21,806 nt of DNA from NCBI GenBank assembly GCA_018985225.1, contig JADGIF010000088.1, positions 1-21,806 on the forward strand. Reading direction: 5' to 3'. Shown here piece after piece: positions 10,286-19,223 of the stretch. The position numbers and the translations under genes are program-made. Origin of the DNA: Amoeboradix gromovi X-113 (taxonomy: Eukaryota > Fungi > Sanchytriomycota). Below the pieces are notes generated by a model. The model was not told the DNA's origin and did no database searches. It was given only the letters and a program-made list of their open reading frames with translations. Each line of letters opens with the position of its first letter. The first letter of the stretch is position 1.

Positions 10286-10606
10286 ATGCAATTGATCCTA
10301 TTTTTAACTCTGTCTTTAGCAATGACACCGCCACCACCAATACCGGCTGATTTAGGTGAAGGTGTTGGGCCAGATCCAGGTAGCCAAGGTGGTAAATCTC
10401 AAGTTGAAAACTTGGAAGACACGCAGGCCATAAAAGGCGCCAAACCAGATGCCATACCGCAGTTATTACGTTCAAGTTCAGGCGCTGGAGAGCAAGAGCA
10501 AATACCTGAAGAGTCTGCTGAAGTCAGGTTGACACCAATCAGACGTGTTAAAGAACCGGTACTCTTAAAGAGGCCTTTAACGAGAATAATACACCAAAAT
10601 AAATAA
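10286..10606 (+). CDS. Small, probably secreted, low-complexity protein
   Basis: Signal-peptide-like MQLILFLTLSLA followed by a P/G/E/Q-rich disordered region; GC higher than the flanks. Confidence 0.6.
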   Translation: MQLILFLTLSLAMTPPPPIPADLGEGVGPDPGSQGGKSQVENLEDTQAIKGAKPDAIPQLLRSSSGAGEQEQIPEESAEVRLTPIRRVKEPVLLKRPLTRIIHQNK

Positions 10607-10663
10607 TCTACCAGAATAATTTTGAGCCTTTGTCGGAAAGGAGATATCACTAAACTCTTACAA

Positions 10664-11284
10664 ATGCAATCTTTGATTTTAAGATCCCACTTTGGAAAGA
10701 CATCAATCAAAATCGATCCGGAAGTTGTGATAAACTACGAGTTACCGGTTGAAAATTTGAAATCTAATCCTAAGAAGTTCAATAAAGATTTACGTCCAAT
10801 GTTTTCTGTGGAAATATCGGGGCCACTAGGTAGCACATCTTTTCGTCTGTTTCCATTCATAAGACTTACCAAGACTGCAGAAGAACTGTATGTGGATATT
10901 GAGAATAAAGAAAATAAAATCGAGAAGGCAATGTGGGGCACAAGTAGGGCTCTGTTAAATAACGCAGTTATTGGTTGCACGCAGGGTCATAAATGCATAG
11001 TTACTTTAAAAGGTATCGGATACCGGGCTATCCTAGAGAAGGATGAAAATGGAATTGAAAAAATAGGAATTAAGGCAGGATTCTCCCACATCAAATATTT
11101 TAAAATCCCATATGGGGTCAAAGCGAATGTGATGCAGACAGCTATAGTACTATCTGGAGTGGATAAACAGCAAGTCAAGCTGTTTGCCGCGACTATTAGA
11201 GCTTGCCGTCCCCCAGAATCTTATAAAGGTAAAGGAATATACATTGACAACGAACTTGTTAAGCTCAAAGAAAGGAAAAAGTAA
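10664..11284 (+). CDS. MRPL6: Mitochondrial ribosomal protein uL6m
   Basis: RSHFGK, GPLG, AMWGTSRALLNNAVIG, LKGIGYRA and RPPESYKGKGI motifs. First ATG at 10664. Confidence 0.93.
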   Translation: MQSLILRSHFGKTSIKIDPEVVINYELPVENLKSNPKKFNKDLRPMFSVEISGPLGSTSFRLFPFIRLTKTAEELYVDIENKENKIEKAMWGTSRALLNNAVIGCTQGHKCIVTLKGIGYRAILEKDENGIEKIGIKAGFSHIKYFKIPYGVKANVMQTAIVLSGVDKQQVKLFAATIRACRPPESYKGKGIYIDNELVKLKERKK

Positions 11285-11483
11285 AACTCGTTAATAAATA
11301 GCATCCGTATTACCTTATTAGTTTGATATAAAATTAACTTTTGTAACCATGTGATTGCTATCAGTGATCTTCTGATTTAGAGTCTTAATCCGTGACTAAG
11401 TGATCTTCACGTGCCTTCATGCATTATTTGTTATTATACAAACGTAAGAATTATTTACTTGGGGCTGAAACTTTGTTTTTTAA

Positions 11484-12585
11484 ATGGGTTGCGGTTCTTC
11501 TTCTCAAAATCAAGATGGAAAACGAGCAAACGATGAAATTGACAATCAGATCAAGAATGATAGGCTAAAGATGAGATCAGAAGTGAAAATGTAATACATT
11601 ATTAATATAGGCTTTTACTTGGTGCTGGTGAATCTGGGAAATCTACCATTTTGAAGCAAATGCAACTTATTCATGGGTCTGGATACAGTAATGAGGAAAG
11701 AGAAGCATTCAAGGAAATAATCTTTAGCAATACTGTGCAAAGTATGCGTGTTATTTTAGATGCCATGGATACTTTGGGTGTTAATATTGATAACGACGCA
11801 AACAAAAAACACAAAGACGTGATTATAAACCAACCGTCTCAAATTGAGTCTGACCACTTTCCTAAAGAGGTCGCGTCCGCTGTCAAAGAATTGTGGAATG
11901 ACTCTGGTGTAAAGGAGTGCTTTAACCGTTCTCGCGAATATCAACTAAATGACTCCTCTAGATACTACTTTGATGCTATTGAAAGAATGACTGATCCAGG
12001 CTACTTGCCTACTGATCAGGACATCTTAAGATCTCGTGTGAAGACCACAGGAATTGTCGAAACTACTTTCAAAATTGGTGATTTAACTTATCGAATGTTT
12101 GATGTTGGAGGACAGAGAAGCGAACGTAAGAAGTGGATCCATTGTTTTGAGAATGTAACTGCTATCATTTTCATGGTCGCAATCTCAGAGTACGATCAAG
12201 TGCTATTGGAAGATGAGACAGTGGTATTTTATTATTTATGTAGAATAGAATGCAAGAGGCGTTGACCTTGTTTGACTCTATTTGCAACTCCAGATGGTTT
12301 GTCAAGACTTCGATTATTTTATTTTTAAACAAAATTGACTTATTCAAAGAAAAAATCAAGAGATCAGCAATCTCAAAGTTCTTTCCGGACTACACAGGCG
12401 GAGATGATTATGATGCGGCTTGTGAATACTTTTTACATCGTTTTGTAAGTTTGAACCAATCAGACGTCAAGCAAGTTTATACTCATTTTACTTGTGCAAC
12501 AGATACCACTCAAATAAAGTTTGTGATGGCAGCAGTTAATGATATTATTATTCAGACTAATTTACGGGACGTTGGATTGTTATAA
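11484..12585 (+). CDS. Heterotrimeric G-protein alpha subunit, fungal group I (Gi-like); join(11484..11590,11611..12223,12244..12585), 353 aa
   Basis: MGCGSS acylation motif, GAGESGKS, RVKTTG, DVGGQRSERKKW, NKID and TCATDT. Removing two 20-nt GT-AG introns restores EVKMLLLGAGES and DETVNRMQEAL. Confidence 0.97.
11591..11610 (+). other. 20-nt spliceosomal intron (G-alpha intron 1)
   Basis: GTAATACATTATTAATATAG; removal is required to keep the frame. Confidence 0.93.
12224..12243 (+). other. 20-nt spliceosomal intron (G-alpha intron 2)
   Basis: GTATTTTATTATTTATGTAG; removal joins DETV to NRMQEAL. Confidence 0.93.
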
Positions 12586-12624
12586 CAAAATAAACGAGAT
12601 ATTAACAATAATTATTTTATTAAC

Positions 12625-15360
12625 TTATGGTATATCATTAAGTGCACGTTTCTGGCTGTATAGCGATTCCTTGGAAGCATGCGCAGATGGTAGTTTACCA
12701 TTGAGGTTACCATTGGATTCGATAGCAAGGAATTTAGCCTCGGAAGCTTGTCTCTTAGTCTTAGCAACGCTATCCGCGGTTTCTGAAGCTCTTCTACCTC
12801 TCAATGTACCTTTCTTAATAGGGCCCTCAATCATTAGATCAGCTACAGTTTGCAGAGCGGCAGTCCATGCTTCTTCGGTTTCGTAGTCAAATTCGGCCAG
12901 CAATATATCCCTTAGCGTCTTGATTAAACAGCTAGTGAGCTTATAATACATTTCCGGTTTAACACCCCAGTCCTCGTGTTGCTTCCCTAGTTCCCTGATC
13001 TTTTCCTCGTTTTCATCCAGGAATTCGAACTTTTTAACAACAATACTTAGCAATCCACCAAATGCTTTTGACTGACTAAACACATCAGGAAAAAATTTAA
13101 CGAAATCTTTGTCTTCTGTAAATAAGTTGTCATAGTACTTGTAACTAAAGATTGTGGTCGGGTTTTTTTGATATTCTAACGTATCTTTTGGGAAATGATT
13201 CAAAGTGATAGATTTAGTGTCTATTTTTAAAAGTAATATTCTTTCCCAACTGCGGGTTATTATTTTCACCTGCAATGGCGATAGCCTGCATACGAATGAT
13301 TTGGTAGGTCGGGATAACATAGTGTTTGTATCGGCCCTCCTCCTCACTCTCGGACCTTCGATTAAAAATGTATTTATTATGTCAGCTGCCTCGCGCCATG
13401 CAAATTTAGAGTAAGTGTCAAAAGTATCAATCAGAAATTCTTTTAATGTTGATATCAAACATTTGGTTTGCCATTCGTAATATTCTGATTTCATCATCAT
13501 TTGCTCAGATTGCTTTCTTCCTTGCTCTCTTATCTTTTCCTCATAATACTCTAAATATTCTATTTTCTCAGTTATGTTGAATATCATACTTCCGAATTCT
13601 TTTTTTTGCTTCTCCACAGAATTGTAAATCGATGAAAGCTCAGGATGTTCCCAACACAGATTATCGAAATACTTGATCGCAAAGATAGTTTGCATTTTAA
13701 GCTCGCTCTTGTTTTGACCTTGCAACAATAGTTGATCATTGCATTTAAACTTGAAAGAGGTAATCGGGATGTTTTTGGTCAATACCGTTTCCCATGTAGC
13801 ACGTATTCTTTCCAATTTTTCAGCAGAAAACTGGCCAGCTACTACGCTCCCAAAACCATCTTCGTTTTGCTGATTCATCTCTTTTTGCCCTTCAGCCATC
13901 ATTTGAATTATATTATCGATACAAGTCTTCCAAGACTTTAGCAGGTTCACAGAGAGCTTGTCAAGCAAAAATTCTTGAAGAGTTTTAATTGTTGCATCTT
14001 TGATCTTTGCAAATACTGAGAACGATAATTTGAACTGTTCCAAGTGAAATTTACCCAGATTCTTTGCAAACCGAACAAAATCCTTGGTATCCTCATATTT
14101 CACCAAAATGACATCAAACAAGCCATTAAACATTCTGGCTAATGAAGCATAATCTGCGAAATAATATCTAAAAGACGGATTTTCAAAAAATAAGGAATCA
14201 TACATTTTAAGGGTGAAATACTCTAAATTTGATGGCGCTGGGTTCTTGTCAAACAAGAGCTTCATGTCATACGTTTTAAATTTTAGCCTTTTAGGATCTA
14301 AATTCATGTTTTTAACTAGCTCCCAAGACCTTCTCATGTTACGCAGTTCCACTTGAGATATCTGATCCCCAGTCTTGTCTATTGAACTGCGATGCACAAT
14401 ATCCTTCTCATTTGCACCTTCAACCATCATATTAATAATAGTTGCGAAACCGTTTTTCCATGCTCTTTTAGCTGTGAACCCAAACGAGTCTCCAAGAATA
14501 ATATCGAAAGTCTCAATTAAACTATCACTAAATGCTTCCAAATTCTTTTTTTCAACCTGATATTCCTCTATGTGTCGTCTGCCTAATTTTTTGAAGTAGT
14601 AATTGTTTTCTTCAAGTCTATTTGATTTTGTTATCATTGCGTCTATCATTCTTGTGAATGCTTTACGTTGCGTGGATTCATCGGGAAACATAGCAGCTAG
14701 CGTAGGGTCAGTTTTGAATAATAAATCATAAAACTTGAAACAAAATATGGTAATAGGATCATTTTTCCTATTGCTACCATTTAACATTTTCTTCAGATCT
14801 TCGTTAACCAGTGTAATGCTCTCTGGTACTAATTTCAGTGCCAAAACCATATCCCATGGTTTTTTCATGCTCTCATTGTTTCCTTTTTTCTTATCAAAAA
14901 CCAGCTGTGTTAGAGATCGTCTTTTTCTTTCTGATTTGGTTCCAACAATTTGAGATGTTACGTCGGTCAAAGACAACTTCCAACTTTGCAACTGATCGAT
15001 GGATATCTTGTCTTGCAATGTATTTTCTAACACTAATATAAAATTATCCACCCAAGTTGCAAGTAAAATAGGATTTAAATTACCCAATATTATCTTGAGG
15101 TTGTCTATCCTATTACCGTCCACGGTCTTCAATATTATTCCCACTATATCCAGCAATGACTTGATTAAATCAGTGTTTAGATAGGATTTAATTTCCTGGA
15201 ATTGATTAATAACGTTATCCAAACTCAATAACATAAAAAACATCGCGTTATCGCATTCAAACTGGCTTTTGTCGATGTTTTCCAGTTGTATCCTATCAAA
15301 GTTGAAGTCTAATATCAACTTCCAAATACTATTCATAACCTCCACTGGTAAAGTAGACAT
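12625..15360 (-). CDS. Multi-domain globin: five tandem 3/3 globin-fold repeats (first degenerate), 911 aa
   Basis: Repeats of about 177 aa with SW (helix A), (F/Y)YDxLF..P/K...F (B10/CD1), LGxxH (F8: H263, H439, H795; Q617) and AW...I...M.EG (helix H). Confidence 0.9.
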   Translation of the reverse strand: MSTLPVEVMNSIWKLILDFNFDRIQLENIDKSQFECDNAMFFMLLSLDNVINQFQEIKSYLNTDLIKSLLDIVGIILKTVDGNRIDNLKIILGNLNPILLATWVDNFILVLENTLQDKISIDQLQSWKLSLTDVTSQIVGTKSERKRRSLTQLVFDKKKGNNESMKKPWDMVLALKLVPESITLVNEDLKKMLNGSNRKNDPITIFCFKFYDLLFKTDPTLAAMFPDESTQRKAFTRMIDAMITKSNRLEENNYYFKKLGRRHIEEYQVEKKNLEAFSDSLIETFDIILGDSFGFTAKRAWKNGFATIINMMVEGANEKDIVHRSSIDKTGDQISQVELRNMRRSWELVKNMNLDPKRLKFKTYDMKLLFDKNPAPSNLEYFTLKMYDSLFFENPSFRYYFADYASLARMFNGLFDVILVKYEDTKDFVRFAKNLGKFHLEQFKLSFSVFAKIKDATIKTLQEFLLDKLSVNLLKSWKTCIDNIIQMMAEGQKEMNQQNEDGFGSVVAGQFSAEKLERIRATWETVLTKNIPITSFKFKCNDQLLLQGQNKSELKMQTIFAIKYFDNLCWEHPELSSIYNSVEKQKKEFGSMIFNITEKIEYLEYYEEKIREQGRKQSEQMMMKSEYYEWQTKCLISTLKEFLIDTFDTYSKFAWREAADIINTFLIEGPRVRRRADTNTMLSRPTKSFVCRLSPLQVKIITRSWERILLLKIDTKSITLNHFPKDTLEYQKNPTTIFSYKYYDNLFTEDKDFVKFFPDVFSQSKAFGGLLSIVVKKFEFLDENEEKIRELGKQHEDWGVKPEMYYKLTSCLIKTLRDILLAEFDYETEEAWTAALQTVADLMIEGPIKKGTLRGRRASETADSVAKTKRQASEAKFLAIESNGNLNGKLPSAHASKESLYSQKRALNDIP

Positions 15361-15539
15361 GATGTTTGGTGGCTTGAAGAAATAAATAAGCTAGTTGCAT
15401 GACGGTAAGTATACCGCTATCTGTATTCTAATTCTTCTTTTCATAGCTTTTTACTACCCTCATGTCTTGATTCAAAATTAAATATTACGATCGTCATATA
15501 TATGCGGTGAAACATGATCAAAGTTTATTTATTATTTCC

Positions 15540-17475
15540 CTAATTCATGTAATCAACCATCTGGACGTCCAGTTCTTCACTTTTACTAAACACTTCCGGT
15601 CCAAAACTCTTTCCACTCGTTCTTATCATTTTAACCACCTTATTCTTGATTTCTTCCAACTTTTCTAGTTCCTGCCTTCTTTGATTATCTCCCACTTCTG
15701 CAGTTAGACAGTGCATGTAATTCTTCCCAATGCACTCCAGTCCGTCCATGACAATTACAGAGCAGTCAGGTAAATAGCTTTTTAACTGCTCGTCAATTAA
15801 ATAACCACTCGCATTCTGTTTGAATATGTTGTTAAAATACTAAGTTAATTGTGACTACCTGCAACGCTTTTGTGTAATTCTCCTCTATCATGCATTCCTT
15901 AAAGTATACAATATTTAACAATCTCTTGGTGTCTTGTCGGTCAATAGTATACTCTCTTATGTATCTTTCGCTCAACGCAATCAATTCTTGCTTCTGAAAA
16001 GTATACAAAGGCACTCCCATGATCACCTTGACTAATGAGTCATTCAGTTTACTGATCACCGTGCTATAATCTTTGCAGTAGTCCCACAAAAACAGAGCGA
16101 CTTCTATCTTTTTAGACGTGAACGCCAGATTAGCTGCCAACGCTATAATTGAAGAATTGAATGAAACTGGGTTCATGTGTAATGCTTGTATAAACCTGTT
16201 AAGCTTTACAGGGCTGTTTAACAAATCTAATCTTTCCGTTGAGGTGCAGTGGACTAGTAGAGAGACCACTTGGGACTGAACAAATGTTTGATATTTTGAG
16301 TCTGAGTGTGGAATTAAAAACAGTAAATAATGCATCTTCTCATAAAACGATAAAAACGGAAGGTATCCTATCAGCAAGTTAGATATATGAAAAACCTTGT
16401 GATCCGGGTCGTACAGAACATTACCAAGGGTTATGTTTTCAGGCGTGGGTAGTTTGCTATAATGGAACAAGTACAAAGCAATATGAACAGCATCTAGAGC
16501 ATAGTTCGGGTCATCTAGGAGATTAGTGAGAGCCAAACCGTATTCACCAATAGCAAAGCATTTAAGAGCCTTATCGTGATTTGAACCTTTTACGAGTAGG
16601 TCCAATAAGGAAGGAAATTGCAACAACTTGTGAGAATAGAGATACAAGCAATACCAAAAGTAATGCTCCCAGGTATTGTGAACATGTCTGTCAACCAGAT
16701 CTTGTTGCTGCTTAGAAATAGCGTCACCTCGTAACAAATGCAAGACACAGTCATATGGGTCGTTAGGGTCGTTCAATTCAAGATCCTGGAGATTTACAGA
16801 CTCACCAGTGCGGATGAGAAAGTAACTACGATGACTAGGCTTGTCCTCCAGATGTTTGACTTTAAAGTAGCCAAGGACTAAATCCTTGGTAGTAAAGTTA
16901 TTACCAACCTTGGCTATGGCATGCTGGCGTTCACAAAGAGTCTCCATAACCTTTATGAACTCTTTTTCCAGGAATTGTTTGGACTTGTTAATTACTGAGT
17001 CTGTGGAATCGGCTTCAATGATAAAATGCACCATATGCCACAATCGAGATTTGTTGACATTGTACCATTCATTGATGGGAACCGAAGCAAATTTGGAGTC
17101 TCCACTAATCTTAAGATCAAAAGTAGGCTGCTTAGGTACAATGGCATTCTCCTTAACGCTTGAGACCACCTTGTTATAAATTGAATCAAGCTTTTTGATC
17201 ATAAATTGCTCGTATTTGAGCGTGGATTTGTGAAATGCCTTCAATATGGCTTGCTGTTCTAGCTCTTGAGTTTTGTCTAGTTTAGAAGCCCTTCTTTTGT
17301 GAAAGGCATTCTGATAACTATTTAGATGCTCTAGTGGCTTGGATGCTGGAGGTGCTTGAGCTGACAGTTTCTTTGAGATAGAATAGATGTTTGCAATGTT
17401 TGTAGCATAAGAATTCAAGTTTTTGGATTGCTGCAATAAAAATTGTAAGTCCTCGATATGCGAAGTCTGTGTCAT
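15540..17475 (-). CDS. NIC96: Nic96/Nup93-like nucleoporin; join of 17475..15859 and 15839..15540
   Basis: LQFLLQQSKNL N-terminal motif, SKQFLEKEF, YFLIRTG, DPYD, TWEHYFWY and LDAVHIALYL. A 19-nt phase-0 intron joins the two ORFs. Start could be 17541 instead of 17475. Confidence 0.75.
15840..15858 (-). other. 19-nt spliceosomal intron
   Basis: CAG|GTAGTCACAATTAACTTAG|TAT; removal gives KALQ-YFNNIFKQ...VMDGLEC in frame with ORF 15540..15749. Confidence 0.8.
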
Positions 17476-17558
17476 GCTGACCCCTATAAAAAGAAAAACG
17501 GTTAGGAATGTACAGAAAATGAATAATTGCAAAGCTTTCATTTATTCTTCAAAAATAC

Positions 17559-17870
17559 TTAGAGCAGAAAACTTTGTCCGCAGCCACATGAATCTTTTAA
17601 ATTAGGGTTTGATATCTTTAATCCATTTTGAAGCTCATTTTCTTCATAATCGACAGTGCTTCCGATGAATCCCAATATGCTTTTATAATCTAGATAAATA
17701 TTTTTGTTAATAATGTCATCTTTGGGATGCACTTCATTTCTTGGGATATGTTGAATATTGTACATATGTCCGGAGCAGCCTTTTCTAATTATGGATAGTT
17801 TCAATACTTTATCATTTGGTAGCGATTGTTGTATGTGCTTGAGGGCTCTTGGAGTAAATTTTAAAAGCAT
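17559..17870 (-). CDS. ISA1: A-type Fe-S cluster assembly protein (IscA/Isa1 family)
   Basis: KGCSGHMY, GSTVDY and NPNLKDSCGCGQSF. Confidence 0.9.
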   Translation of the reverse strand: MLLKFTPRALKHIQQSLPNDKVLKLSIIRKGCSGHMYNIQHIPRNEVHPKDDIINKNIYLDYKSILGFIGSTVDYEENELQNGLKISNPNLKDSCGCGQSFLL

Positions 17871-18022
17871 TTAGTTAGACGGAAAATTTAGTTTCAGATT
17901 CAAAATCAAGAAACAAGATGACACTACAAAAATCATTGGATACGCCGTCCATTGAGAACCCGTTGAGTATTAGTATCATCTATTATAGGACTAGTTTATC
18001 GGCTTGGGTTTTTTCAGTCATG

Positions 18023-18720
18023 TTAACTAATAAATACATCCCGTATATTCAAGCTTGCATTTTCATCGGGATCGATCACTAGAGCATGTTTTGATATGTC
18101 TGTAGTCTCTTTCGTTTTCCATATTTCTTTCCACTGGCATCTTGTTTACAATTGTGGCATTTCGTTGATGGTGAACTCTTCAGGAATTACGAGCACTTGT
18201 CCAATCTCGAAAACTGAACACGATAGGGGGCTTTAATGCTCCGTTGAATGTCTTCTGTTTCTTTCTGTTCTTGTAACTCAATTCGAAATTACTCATTGTC
18301 TTCTGCCATGTATTTATTTCGATGTACATCACGTAAATGATCTTCTGCTTGAGTCCCAGACGTCTAAAACGCCATCGCTACAATAATTTCTGGCCGTAGA
18401 ACTATATCCTCTTTGGCACCAAAACATTGATGTACTTGATAAATGCCCTTGACTTTGATTTCTCATCCTCGATTTTGGTGACATCATATTTCTCTTTCAT
18501 ATACTAAAGTTTCTTTTGGCAATGGTTCTAAACATGAGATGTTTGTACTGTCTCTTTTAAAAGGATATCAAACGAGTTTTTTTCCAGGATCAATAAACGC
18601 ACAATCAGCACCTTGCAGCAGTTGCATGGTGTATAATTCGCTGAATTTCAATAGTTTACACTTATACCTAGGAATACTAAGTATAGAATTTATAGTTTGC
18701 CGTCCAACTTGTATTTCTAA
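18023..18720 (-). pseudogene. Decayed Fanzor1 (eukaryotic TnpB-like RNA-guided nuclease) pseudogene
   Basis: Motifs in the correct order across stops and frameshifts: CAFIDPGKK (RuvC-I, 18583-18591), FYGQKLL*RWRFRRLGLKQK, IVFSFRDW (GDW, about 18201-18209), VLVIPEEFT/STKCHNC (RuvC-II and Zn) and IDPDENASLNI (RuvC-III). Confidence 0.8.
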
Positions 18721-18777
18721 ACGGTATCAATGAATTCAATCTCGAGATCAAGATCTTCCCCTGGGTCTCTTATTTGT

Positions 18778-18931
18778 TTACGTGACATTAAAGATTACAA
18801 AGAGAAGTTAAATCAACGATATAAATTAAATTTATTTTTTTTAACCTACCAAGAAATTCCACATGGGAGCCATTTTAGAAAATGTCTGCAACTCTAAGTC
18901 AAAAGACCTCCTGGAAAGATTTGTCCCATAA
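18778..18931 (+). pseudogene. Possible chromodomain relic
   Basis: RDIKDYKEKLNQRY.../NSTWEP/LENVCNSKSKDLLERF across frameshifts. Confidence 0.35.
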
Positions 18932-19223
18932 TATGCTACCAAGCCTTTTCTTAATATTAAAATGCACTGAAAATATCTCTTTCAAAATAACTTTGGCTGA
19001 TTAGCACTTTAGCTTATGCTGCAACTCTTCAACGTATAACCATTTCCATACTCTGTCTTGCTATTTATAATCTCGTCTTGCTCACAAACAAGGTAGCACC
19101 TGGATGTCTTTCTTTCGCACCTGATGAAATGCGGATGTTGGATTCCTAGTGTGGTTTCTAGATGTTCATCCTGCTTTGAAATGAGCACGTTTTTTCAGAA
19201 TGGGCTTCACGCATTACATCTTA

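Noticed and set aside
12224-12265. Frameshift, pseudogene or alternative genetic code as the cause of the split G-alpha ORFs
   Set aside because: Fully explained by GT-AG micro-introns; long ORFs are open under the standard code and end in TAA/TAG.
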